NCBI GenBank assembly: GCA_035637455.1
Contig: DASPXE010000007.1
Location: forward strand, 51,097-115,096
Direction of reading: 5' to 3'
Length of the DNA stretch: 64,000 nt
Source of the DNA: Gemmatimonadales bacterium
Lineage (GTDB): Bacteria; Gemmatimonadota; Gemmatimonadetes; Gemmatimonadales; GWC2-71-9
The notes under the pieces were generated by a model. The model saw only the letters and a program-made list of their open reading frames with translations, had not been told where the DNA came from and ran no database searches. Both the position numbers and the translations under genes were made by a program. Position 1 is the first letter of the stretch. Each line of letters starts with the position of its first letter. Of the stretch, positions 28,152-36,120 are shown in pieces.

Positions 28152-29753
28152 CTACCTCTGGCCCGCGCGCATCCTGAGTGCTGGCGGCGGAGTCGCCTGC
28201 ACCTGGAGATTGCGCGCCGGCGGCGAGGGCAATGCATACGTCGAGTGCAGCGCCGCGATCGAGGACGTGAGCAGCGCCTCGAGCAGGAACGGGTTGTGCA
28301 CGCCATTCCCGGACGCCATGTGCGTCGCGAAGCCCTTGCCCAACACTGTGCCGTTCAGGAAGAATTGACGGTCGTCCGTTGCGGCGAGCGCGGCGTTGAA
28401 GAGCGCCCCCTTGGCGACCGTGGTGGTCGTGCTCCCGAAGTCGATCTGGGCGGAATCGGCCGCCGTGGCTCCGGACCGCTGCGCCCGCGCGACCAGCTGG
28501 GGCAGCAAGCCGGGTTCGATCGAGTCGATCACGCCGTTCTTGTTCGTATCCGCCCAGATCTGGTCAAGCAGGTTGTCGAGCCGTCCTTTGAACGTGAGAT
28601 ACGCGGAACGCGCGACCGCGGCGGTGGCATGACAACCGCTGTTCGAGCACGCCACGAAGCTGCGCACCGTGTCCGCCGGCGCAGCCGTCGCGCAGGGGAC
28701 GGGGACGCCGGTGCTCGCTTTGGTGCACGGAATGGCTTCAAACAGGTGGCCGACGCTGTTCTGTATGAGGACACCGTTCGCATCGGTGATCGTAGTGAAC
28801 GCCACGTGACAGGTCGCGCACAGCCGTGTGTTCGCCGCGGAGCCGTGGCTGCTCACGATCTGGTTCGTGTCATAGGTGAAGTTGGGTGGAATCCACCCGA
28901 CGTTCTGCCCGATCACCAGCAAGCCCTGCGCGCCGTGTGCCCCACGGGCCGGCGAGCCGACCGCGGCTCTGCCCCAGGGCGGAGTCCCACTGCGGGAGTG
29001 ACACTTGATGCAGAGGTTGTCGGTCGTGGGATCCGAGATCGATGCGCGCAGTTGTCCGGAGTACGGGGTCGCCCCGTGCGGGTCGTGACACACGATGCAC
29101 ACGATGCGCTGATGGGTCGTGTCACTCTTTTCCACGTAGTTTGTCGTCACGCCGAACTTTACGGCCAGCGCCGCTTTCCCCTCGTGGCACGGGGCACAGC
29201 TCGCGTTCGCGGCGGCGTGGGAGAAAGCGGGACCGGAGCCGTGCGCGGACCCAACCCATTGATCCACGAACGGCTCGTGGGTTCCGGTGTGGCACCCGCC
29301 GCACCCGTTCGTGATCCCCGTGTCGACGTGCATCGCGGCGAGCGGCGCGTTCGTGGCGAGCGGATTCTGCGCATGGGTGAATCCGGGCCCATGACAGCTT
29401 TCGCACTGCACATCCTGGTAGCTCGCATCCGGCACGAGATTATAGCCGGCAGCGTGGCCGACGCTGTTGCCGAGCTGCGAAACCGAATGGCAGCCGTTGC
29501 ATGAGGCCTGCGCGTGGCCCGAGCCTTGCAAATCGACCCACGCCGACGCGTGCTTGGTTCCTTTCCAGGACGCCTGCACGCCGACGTGGCAGTTGCCGCA
29601 GTTGGTTTGCTTGTCGCTGACCGTGAAGTACCCGAGGAACCCGTTGGCGGCATCCTGGGGCGCGTTGAACGGGCGTACGAGGTATTGGATCTTCTCCGTG
29701 GTACAGGCACCGAGCAGCACTACGACGAAGCCAACTGCACGAAGGTATCTCAT
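28152..29753 (-). CDS. Lipoprotein multihaem cytochrome c (8 CXXCH + 1 CX4CH) with non-haem C-terminal domain
   Basis: ATG 29753 gives MRYLRAVGFVVVLLGAC (lipobox LLGAC). Haem motifs are CGNCH, CNGCH, CESCH, CGGCH, CAPCH, CIVCH, CIKCH and CATCH, plus CSNSGCH. The last ~170 aa lack haem sites. Confidence 0.85.
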   Translation of the reverse strand: MRYLRAVGFVVVLLGACTTEKIQYLVRPFNAPQDAANGFLGYFTVSDKQTNCGNCHVGVQASWKGTKHASAWVDLQGSGHAQASCNGCHSVSQLGNSVGHAAGYNLVPDASYQDVQCESCHGPGFTHAQNPLATNAPLAAMHVDTGITNGCGGCHTGTHEPFVDQWVGSAHGSGPAFSHAAANASCAPCHEGKAALAVKFGVTTNYVEKSDTTHQRIVCIVCHDPHGATPYSGQLRASISDPTTDNLCIKCHSRSGTPPWGRAAVGSPARGAHGAQGLLVIGQNVGWIPPNFTYDTNQIVSSHGSAANTRLCATCHVAFTTITDANGVLIQNSVGHLFEAIPCTKASTGVPVPCATAAPADTVRSFVACSNSGCHATAAVARSAYLTFKGRLDNLLDQIWADTNKNGVIDSIEPGLLPQLVARAQRSGATAADSAQIDFGSTTTTVAKGALFNAALAATDDRQFFLNGTVLGKGFATHMASGNGVHNPFLLEALLTSSIAALHSTYALPSPPARNLQVQATPPPALRMRAGQR

Positions 29754-29826
29754 GGCCCGCACTCCTCGTCGCCGAACGTCGGCAGGAACGTTTGCGCTGT
29801 CCTGCTCAGCTGTCAACCGATCGTCT

Positions 29827-30087
29827 TCATGGTTTCTTCATCTGGCCCCCGGTCTGCAGGTAGTAGAGGATGTCCTCCGTCTGCTGGCCCGCCGGCGGCG
29901 CGACCCGCATCCGCTCCATGTTCCGCTCCATGCGCGCGAACACGATCGCCCAGTCCTGCTTCGAGTGGACCCGCGGATCGGGGAGCGCGTGGCAGCGGCT
30001 GCAGATCAGGGCGAACGCTTCGCGCCCGCGGCCTGCCGGCAGACGGAGCCGCTCACCTTGAGCGCATTGACCGGAAGAACATCGGAA
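29827..30087 (-). pseudogene. Orphan monohaem cytochrome c domain ORF with no start codon or signal peptide
   Basis: 86 codons read ...GREAFALICSRCHALPDPRVHSKQDWAIVFARMERNMERMRVAPPAGQQTEDILYYLQTGGQMKKP. The C..CH...W....RM....YL pattern resembles the haem-binding domain of quinohaemoprotein amine dehydrogenase. There is no ATG/GTG/TTG, and the ORF is in frame with the upstream ORF across TAG 30088-30090. Confidence 0.4.
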
Positions 30088-30309
30088 CTAGCCGACCTTC
30101 GCCGGCCGTCCCCGGATCGCGTCGCGCACCTTGGCCGCTGTGCTCGGACTGATCACCCGCAGCACGAGATAGCAGGCATACCCGAGACCCGCGAGCACCA
30201 GGACCGTGATCGCCAGCCCGATGAGCGTGCCCAGAATGCCCAACGCGAGCTTCAGGACCAGCCAGACGGCCACCGCGAACAACGCAAAGCCGAGAATCCT
30301 CCGCATCAT
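30088..30309 (-). CDS. Small membrane protein (two TM helices)
   Basis: 73 aa, MMRRILGFALFAVAVWLVLKLALGILGTLIGLAITVLVLAGLGYACYLVL... Its start overlaps the hemG stop as ATGA. Confidence 0.45.
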   Translation of the reverse strand: MMRRILGFALFAVAVWLVLKLALGILGTLIGLAITVLVLAGLGYACYLVLRVISPSTAAKVRDAIRGRPAKVG

Positions 30310-30872
30310 CGCACCCCTCCTGCCGGTTGACCCGCCTCGACACGGCCCGCGAACTCCCGCGCGAACGCACGGAGATCGTCCCAGTCCGTGTACTCATAGT
30401 CGCGCGTCGTGTCCGTATCGCCTCCAGCTTTGGCCACGACCCGCTTCATGACCCATTTCTTCAACCAGTTGTACTGGGTGTACGGCACCGCCCCGGCGAC
30501 TATCCGTGACATGAGCGGCCGCCATCCGCTGCGACGCAAAAACCGCTGCACGATCTCCTGGACTTCTTGCCGAGCTTCGGGGCGCTGCTCCAGAATCCCG
30601 AGGCACACCGATACGAAGGCGCTCGGCCGGCGATTGAGCTGCTCAACATTCCGGCGAACCCAGCGCTTGACCGCGCGCTGAAAATTGCCGATGTGAATCG
30701 AGCCCGCGATGACGACACCGTCGTAGCCCTCCGGACGGACATCCGGGGAGACATGCTGGGTGTCGATCACATCGACGCAACTCCCCTCCCACCTGAGGAC
30801 GCCCCCTAGGGCCGCCGCGATCTTGCGCGTGTGACCGTCGGTGGTGCCGTACACGATCAGGACTCGAGACAT
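30306..30872 (-). CDS. hemG: Menaquinone-dependent protoporphyrinogen IX dehydrogenase (flavodoxin-like)
   Basis: 188 aa with VLIVYGTTDGHTRKIA at the N-terminus. Collinear with E. coli HemG through the long-loop region: PSAFVSVCLG..., WRPLMSRIVAGAVPYTQYNW..., GGDTDTTRDYEYTDWDDLRAFA. Confidence 0.75.
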   Translation of the reverse strand: MSRVLIVYGTTDGHTRKIAAALGGVLRWEGSCVDVIDTQHVSPDVRPEGYDGVVIAGSIHIGNFQRAVKRWVRRNVEQLNRRPSAFVSVCLGILEQRPEARQEVQEIVQRFLRRSGWRPLMSRIVAGAVPYTQYNWLKKWVMKRVVAKAGGDTDTTRDYEYTDWDDLRAFAREFAGRVEAGQPAGGVR

Positions 30873-30998
30873 GCCGTTAAGGTGAAGATGGATGTCTAAA
30901 GCGACGCTGAAACAGCGCTGAGCTTTGCATCATGAGCCTTGAGCCACCCTTCATCTCGTCTTGGATCGCTTTCAATCTCGCGCCCCTAGACTGGGGTC

Positions 30999-31643
30999 AT
31001 GACACGTGAACACGGTAGACTGATCAATCGCTTCATGCCTGATGCGGACATCCGGGAGCGCCATGAGACATTGGTGCGCGCGCCGGCCGACGTGGTCTTC
31101 CACGTCGCACAGCACTTCGACGTCCAGTCCATCCCCATCATCCGCGCCCTCTTCTGGCTGCGGGCGCAGCTGCTCGGCGCCGCGAAGCCGCCGGCGGATT
31201 TGTTCGCCCAGGGACTGCTGGCCGAGACTCAAGCGTTGGGTTGGGGCGTCCTCGCCTACCGCCCAGGGCGTGAGCTGATCATGGGCGCAGCCACCCAGCC
31301 GTGGAAGGCCGATGTCAGGTTTACGTCCATCCCGCGGGACCGCTTCACGCAGTTCGCCGGACCTGATTTGGTGAAAATCGTCTGGACGCTCGAGGCCGAG
31401 CCACTCGGCCCCGCACTCACACGGTTCCGTACCGAGGTTCGCGTGCTCGCGACCGACGACGCGGCGCGCAAGAAGTTCCGGCGCTACTGGCGCATGTTCG
31501 GAATGGGAATCGTCCTGATCCGCTGGCTGCTGCTACCGGCGCTGCGCCGCGAGGCGGAGCGGCGGGCGTCCGTTTTACCGGCATCCCTCGATGAGACAGC
31601 CATGCCAACCAACGCCACTTCTCCGCCGATGAGGCCCGGGTGA
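30999..31643 (+). CDS. Hypothetical protein (possibly SRPBCC-like) with C-terminal TM
   Basis: 214-aa ORF with coding-like composition. No confident family recognised. Its stop overlaps the next start as GTGA. Confidence 0.4.
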   Translation: MTREHGRLINRFMPDADIRERHETLVRAPADVVFHVAQHFDVQSIPIIRALFWLRAQLLGAAKPPADLFAQGLLAETQALGWGVLAYRPGRELIMGAATQPWKADVRFTSIPRDRFTQFAGPDLVKIVWTLEAEPLGPALTRFRTEVRVLATDDAARKKFRRYWRMFGMGIVLIRWLLLPALRREAERRASVLPASLDETAMPTNATSPPMRPG

Positions 31644-31855
31644 TCGGAACCCGCGCAGGCATCGACTGGGACAAGATCGATCTCGCGCAATTCCGTCGCG
31701 GGCTCGAGGTAGAGCTCGAGCACGGCGCCCACGACCCACAAACCAACGTGACCAACGACGACCTCGACCTGACGGCGAAGATCGCGTGGGCGCATCTCAA
31801 GGAGATCTCGGATTACTACACGCGGCTGGACGCGATGGAGGCCGCAGTCGTCTGA
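31640..31855 (+). CDS. Small DUF5661-like protein
   Basis: 71 aa with GLEVELEHG...TAKIAWAHLKEISDYYTRLDAMEA, which matches my memory of the DUF5661 pattern (E.EH ... IA..HL.E..DYY..L..ME). Confidence 0.45.
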   Translation: MIGTRAGIDWDKIDLAQFRRGLEVELEHGAHDPQTNVTNDDLDLTAKIAWAHLKEISDYYTRLDAMEAAVV

Positions 31856-31861
31856 GAACGC

Positions 31862-32425
31862 TCAGGCTGTGCCCGCGCTGACTCGGAGCGCGCAGCTACA
31901 CCTCATGGTCGCGGCCTCGGGGAGGCGGGGCAGGAGGTGGTAGTACATGGCCACGAGCATCGGCACGAGAACGAGCGTGTTGTAGAACAGGTGCAGCTCG
32001 ACGCGCGGGATCCACAGCTGCAGGATGCTGATCGGGACTGGTGAGCCGAACAGGTTGTGCCCCGCAATGGCTTGGCCCTGGAGCAGGGCGTGCTCGACGT
32101 GGTGCCAGAATTGAATCACGAGCGCCGCCAGCCACCACGTGCGTGACCGGCCGACGAAGCCCGGCAACAGCATCCAGATCCCGACCAGCATGACCACCGC
32201 ATACCCGTAGTGCAACACCTCCGAGTGCACGAGCCAGGGGAACCACTGGCCCAACATGCCCCGCGCTTCATGCACCGGCCAGTGGAGCACGTACACCTGA
32301 TACGCCTGGAACAGGTGCTCGGCGAAATGCACGAGCACGATCACCATGAAGATCTGCAGACTACGCCGGTGCCACGGGCCATTGAGCCGTGACATGAAAG
32401 ATGGTCTTGCAGGCGAGTCACTCAT
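31862..32425 (-). CDS. His-rich integral membrane protein, unknown function
   Basis: From ATG 32425 there are about 5 TM helices carrying HFAEH, HSEVLH and WHHVEH motifs. Confidence 0.45.
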   Translation of the reverse strand: MSDSPARPSFMSRLNGPWHRRSLQIFMVIVLVHFAEHLFQAYQVYVLHWPVHEARGMLGQWFPWLVHSEVLHYGYAVVMLVGIWMLLPGFVGRSRTWWLAALVIQFWHHVEHALLQGQAIAGHNLFGSPVPISILQLWIPRVELHLFYNTLVLVPMLVAMYYHLLPRLPEAATMRCSCALRVSAGTA

Positions 32426-32462
32426 GTGCCTTCCCTGGACCTGGATGGGCAGGTGCCGTGGC

Positions 32463-32699
32463 TCACCCAACGGACCCGCGTTGCAAAGATGAGCCCTGAG
32501 AACTCGGAGCGCTAGCGGAGCACAATGGCCCGCTCGCCCCCGGCATCACCCGTGAATTCGGGCCCACAAAGAGGAGCCCGCCATGCAAGGGTGACAGCGA
32601 AAGCGACTTGAGGATGAGCAGGTCCAGCGTGCCCTGCAGGACATCCACGGCGTGCGCCAAGTCTTCCTCTCCTGTCGGAGCGAAAGGGAAGTATGTCAT
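32463..32699 (-). pseudogene. PadR-family regulator remnant
   Basis: MTYFPFAPTGEEDLAHAVDVLQGTLDLLILKSLSLSPLHG matches the PadR N-terminal winged-helix start. The frame then degenerates into low-complexity sequence, and recognisable continuation appears only as scraps in other frames. Confidence 0.5.
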
Positions 32700-32890
32700 C
32701 CACGCAAGGCCTTGCGGACAAGCACCCCGGCCTGGTAGTGCTCGAGACGGCCATCGGAGGCACGCGCGTGGTCGACATGCTGCCCGGGGACCAGCTGCCA
32801 AGGATTTGCTGAAGCGGTCTTCACGGTCGGTTACGCCTGGCTTCACGCGCCCGCCGCGATCTTGGGTACGAAGCCTTTCAGGGTGGAGCC

Positions 32891-33157
32891 ATGAAAACCA
32901 CGAACATCGGCGGCGCGGATACCGCCATCCGGGCGGTGTTGGGGATCCTGTTCATGGTGTGGGCCGCGGTCGTCGCGGACTCGCATCCCTTCCTGGCGTT
33001 CGGTGCGGCGCTCGTCGCGACCGGCATCCTCGCCACGGCGATCGCCGGGGCGTGCCCGCTGTACACGGCACTCGGCCTCGACACGCACGCGCGCCCACGG
33101 CCCCAGCCGCGGCCGCGAATCGACGTGCGGCGCGAGCCGGCGCAACAGCTGCGATAA
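32891..33157 (+). CDS. DUF2892 (YgaP-like) small membrane protein
   Basis: 88 aa, NIGGADTAIRAVLGILFMV...GACPLYTALGLDT. It has two TM helices plus the conserved C-P-x-Y motif. Confidence 0.7.
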   Translation: MKTTNIGGADTAIRAVLGILFMVWAAVVADSHPFLAFGAALVATGILATAIAGACPLYTALGLDTHARPRPQPRPRIDVRREPAQQLR

Positions 33158-33176
33158 ACGCCGGTTCATAACGACG

Positions 33177-33209
33177 AGGCGCGGCAGGTGGCACGACGCT
33201 GCCGCGCCT
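33177..33209. terminator. Hairpin between convergent genes
   Basis: AGGCGCGGCAG gtggcacgacg CTGCCGCGCCT is an 11-bp perfect stem followed by TATT. It lies between DUF2892 (+) and GNAT (-). Confidence 0.55.
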
Positions 33210-33224
33210 TATTGCGTTGTATCC

Positions 33225-33884
33225 CTAGTGAATCAGACCGAGCACTCCCCGGCCCGCGCGCCCCGCCACCGCCTTGAAGACGCGGCCGGTGGGCGTATCG
33301 GGCAGCGTCTCAGGGTCCTCCGGCACCGGAATGTCCAGTTGACATACGCCGATGTCGGCACGCGCCACCTCGGCGCCGAGATCCCGAAAGATCCGCAACA
33401 TGGCGTCGTTATCCTCGTGCACGTACGCGCGAAACGTCCGGATCCCCTGCGCGGCCGCGGAGCGGCTCAACAGGCCGAGCAGCAGCGTGCCCAGGCCACG
33501 GCCCTGGTAGGCATCGAGCACCGTGACCGCCACCTCGGCCATGCCGGGATGCTTCGGAAACCGAATGCAGCGAGCCACCCCCATCGCAGGCTCCCCGGGC
33601 AGAGTCGGATCCAGCGCGATCCACGCCAGGTGATTCACGTGGTCGACTTCGGTCAGGTAGCGGAGCTGTTCGTCCGACAACTCCGCGACCGTCGCGAGAA
33701 AGCGGTGATAGCGCGACGCGGCGGACAGCCGATGTAACCCCTCCCGGAAACGGTCGCGGTCCTCGGGCCGGACCGGCCGAACCCGCACGGGGGTGCCGTC
33801 CCGCAGCCGCAGCTCGCCGGGTGGCTCGGCCAGCAGCGCCGTGGAGGCCGCGCCTATTGGCTCGCTCGGGGCTGATAGCTGCAC
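33225..33884 (-). CDS. GNAT family acetyltransferase
   Basis: Contains LRDGTPVRVRPVRPEDRDRFREGLHRLS...YQGRGLGTLLLGLL (motif A). The GTG 33884 start is chosen tentatively and overlaps the radical SAM gene by 31 nt. Confidence 0.65.
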   Translation of the reverse strand: MQLSAPSEPIGAASTALLAEPPGELRLRDGTPVRVRPVRPEDRDRFREGLHRLSAASRYHRFLATVAELSDEQLRYLTEVDHVNHLAWIALDPTLPGEPAMGVARCIRFPKHPGMAEVAVTVLDAYQGRGLGTLLLGLLSRSAAAQGIRTFRAYVHEDNDAMLRIFRDLGAEVARADIGVCQLDIPVPEDPETLPDTPTGRVFKAVAGRAGRGVLGLIH

Positions 33885-34906
33885 AGTGGATCCTCGCCGA
33901 ACGGGTCGCCGCTTGATGCGTAAGCCCGTGCCCGCGAACCCCCGCACTGCCAGTGGAACTCGCAGCGCCCGCACCGTCCGGTGAACAGATCGACGCGCCG
34001 CAGCGTACGGAACAGGCTCGACTCACGATAGATCTCCACGACGTGCTGCGTCCGCACGTTTCCGGCGGTGAGCGGCAGGAAGCCCGAGGGGTGCACATCT
34101 CCAGTATGCGAGACGAACATGATGCCGTTGCCGTCACGGATGCCCGCGCTGTGCCCGCGCCCCGGGGCGCCGTGTCGCTGCAGCATCACCCGGCGGAAGT
34201 GGGGCGCTTCCGTGGTCGTGACGACCGGCCCTTCCTCCTGGTCCGCGAGCTCCACGAGCCAGTGCATGAGGTCGTCCGCCGCCGCGGGCGTGATCGATTG
34301 GAGCACCGTGCCCCGGCCCACGCTCACGAGGAAGAACAAACTCCAACGGGCCGCGCCCAGGTCGCTCGCGAGCAAATAGATCGCCGCCAGGTCGTCGAGC
34401 GTCTCCCCGGCGACGAGCGTGTTGATCTGGAACGGCAGCGCCGCGGCGCCGGCCGCCCGCGCGGCCGCGAGCGTGCACACGAAGGTTCCGGGTATGCCGC
34501 GCAACGCGTCGTGGCGCTGCGCCGTCGAGCCGTCGAGCGACAGCGAGATCGCCTCGACGCCCGCCTCCTCGAAACGCGCCAGCTCCGCCGGGCTGACAAG
34601 CGGTGTCGCGCTCGGTGCTACCGAGACGCCGAGCCCGAAGGCGCGAGCGGCGGCGATGACGAGCCACAGGTCCGGGCGCTTGAGCGGATCCCCCCCGCTG
34701 AGCACCAGGTGCGGCTTGGGGTCGCCGAACGCGGCGAGCTGCTCGACCAACCGCAGGCCCTCAGCTGTGGTCAGCTCATCGGGGTGGCGCAGCGGCACGG
34801 CCTCGGCGCGGCAGTGCCGGCAGGCGAGGTCGCAGGCGCGCGTCAGCTCCCAGTACACCCGCGACGGCGCCCTGTCGAAAATCAGTCGGGGGAACGCTCG
34901 TGTCAT
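33854..34906 (-). CDS. Radical SAM / SPASM-domain protein
   Basis: Contains FDRAPSRVYWELTRACDLACRHCRAEA (the CX3CX2C cluster). The C-terminal Cys-rich SPASM-like part is CGRCEFHWQCGGSRARAY. Confidence 0.85.
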   Translation of the reverse strand: MTRAFPRLIFDRAPSRVYWELTRACDLACRHCRAEAVPLRHPDELTTAEGLRLVEQLAAFGDPKPHLVLSGGDPLKRPDLWLVIAAARAFGLGVSVAPSATPLVSPAELARFEEAGVEAISLSLDGSTAQRHDALRGIPGTFVCTLAAARAAGAAALPFQINTLVAGETLDDLAAIYLLASDLGAARWSLFFLVSVGRGTVLQSITPAAADDLMHWLVELADQEEGPVVTTTEAPHFRRVMLQRHGAPGRGHSAGIRDGNGIMFVSHTGDVHPSGFLPLTAGNVRTQHVVEIYRESSLFRTLRRVDLFTGRCGRCEFHWQCGGSRARAYASSGDPFGEDPLCSYQPRASQ

Positions 34907-35046
34907 GGCAGCAATACTCGCAAACCTCGATGAAGCGGTCTCAAAGACCGGTTCAGAAAAGCTTCATGTTCCCTGGAAGCTCCCGCCCTGGCGGGCTCCC
35001 GGCTCACGCGTCAGCTTTTGGTCACTGACCCGAGGGGCGGTGCACA

Positions 35047-35478
35047 ATGAGCCAGCCGGCCAGGGGGGAGCCCGGGGCCCAAGCGGCGACGCGGGTGGCG
35101 AAGGCCAGCTACGAGCGGTGCTGCGCTGAGCCAGGCTTCTTACGCGCTTTCTACGACGACTTCTTCGCCCGCTGTCCCGAGGCGAAGCCGCGGTTTGCCC
35201 GCACCGACTTCGAGCGCCAGAACAAATTGCTGCGGCACGCGTTCAGCCTGCTGCTCCTCTTCCCGAACGAGCCGCGCACGGAGCCAAGCCTGCTCACGCG
35301 GGTTGCCGAGCGGCACAGCCGCCGCGATCTCGACATCCCGCCGGCGCTGTACGGACCCTTCCTCGACAGCCTGATTGCGACGGTGGGGCGCTGCGACCCC
35401 GAGTTCAGCCCCGCAGTCGAGCGAGCCTGGCGGGAGACGCTGGCCCCGGGTGTGGCCTACATGCAGTCGAAGTACTGA
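35047..35478 (+). CDS. Globin-family protein
   Basis: 143 aa with FYDDFFARCPEAKPRFARTDFERQNKLLRHAF...VAERHSRRDLDIPPALYGPFLDSL, a single-domain bacterial globin pattern with the proximal His in ERHS. Confidence 0.65.
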   Translation: MSQPARGEPGAQAATRVAKASYERCCAEPGFLRAFYDDFFARCPEAKPRFARTDFERQNKLLRHAFSLLLLFPNEPRTEPSLLTRVAERHSRRDLDIPPALYGPFLDSLIATVGRCDPEFSPAVERAWRETLAPGVAYMQSKY

Positions 35479-35565
35479 CCCTCCCCGACGATCGTTGACG
35501 CGCAGTTGAAAGTCTGTGTGCATCATGCGGTCGCCATGCGCGCGCGCCGAGGCTATGTTGCCAGC

Positions 35566-36108
35566 ATGGGTGACACCACGCTCATGACCGCAGATGAGCT
35601 GCTGCGACTGGACCTGCCGGACAAGCGCACCGAGCTGATCCGCGGCCGGCTGGTCGTCCGGGATCCCGGTGGCGCGCGGCACGGGGCGGTCGCGATGACG
35701 CTCGGGTACCGAATCATGGCTCATGTGGAGGCGCACGACTTGGGCCGGGTGTATGCCGCGGAGACGGGCTTTAAGATCGAGTCAGATCCGGACACGGTGA
35801 GGGCGCCGGACGTGGCGTTCATCGCTCAGGACCGCGTGCCGGAAGTCGAGCCGCGAGGCTATCCCGGTTGGGCGCCGGACCTCGCGGTGGAGGTCCTGGC
35901 TCACGACGATCATCCCGCGGAAACGCTCGAGAAGGTAGCCCAGTGGTTGAAGGCTGGAGTCCGGCTAGTATGGGTGGTCGACTCGGAGCGGCGGACCGCC
36001 CGGGTCTATCGGGCCGACGGGAGCGAAGCGCTGCTCGACGCCAACGCGACGTTGGACGGCGAGGACGTGCTGCCCGGCTTCCGCTGCCCGCTCGTGGATC
36101 TGTGGTGA
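35566..36108 (+). CDS. Uma2 (DUF820) family endonuclease
   Basis: MTADELLRLDLPDKRTELIRGRLVV...APDVAFI...PDLAVEVL is the typical Uma2 layout. Confidence 0.8.
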   Translation: MGDTTLMTADELLRLDLPDKRTELIRGRLVVRDPGGARHGAVAMTLGYRIMAHVEAHDLGRVYAAETGFKIESDPDTVRAPDVAFIAQDRVPEVEPRGYPGWAPDLAVEVLAHDDHPAETLEKVAQWLKAGVRLVWVVDSERRTARVYRADGSEALLDANATLDGEDVLPGFRCPLVDLW

Positions 36109-36120
36109 AACCGGTCAGCA

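Noticed and set aside
30088-30090. The idea that TAG is reassigned or generally read through in this organism, prompted by in-frame TAGs at 30088 and 49250.
   Set aside because: TAG terminates many genes here at sensible C-termini. Examples are the receiver 10994, the Cyc2-like gene 21404, the lipoprotein cytochrome 28152, GNAT 33225, radical SAM 33854, nirK 44142, usp 46211, fpg 57425 and beta-CASP 59178. Their downstream in-frame sequence is non-coding or antisense.
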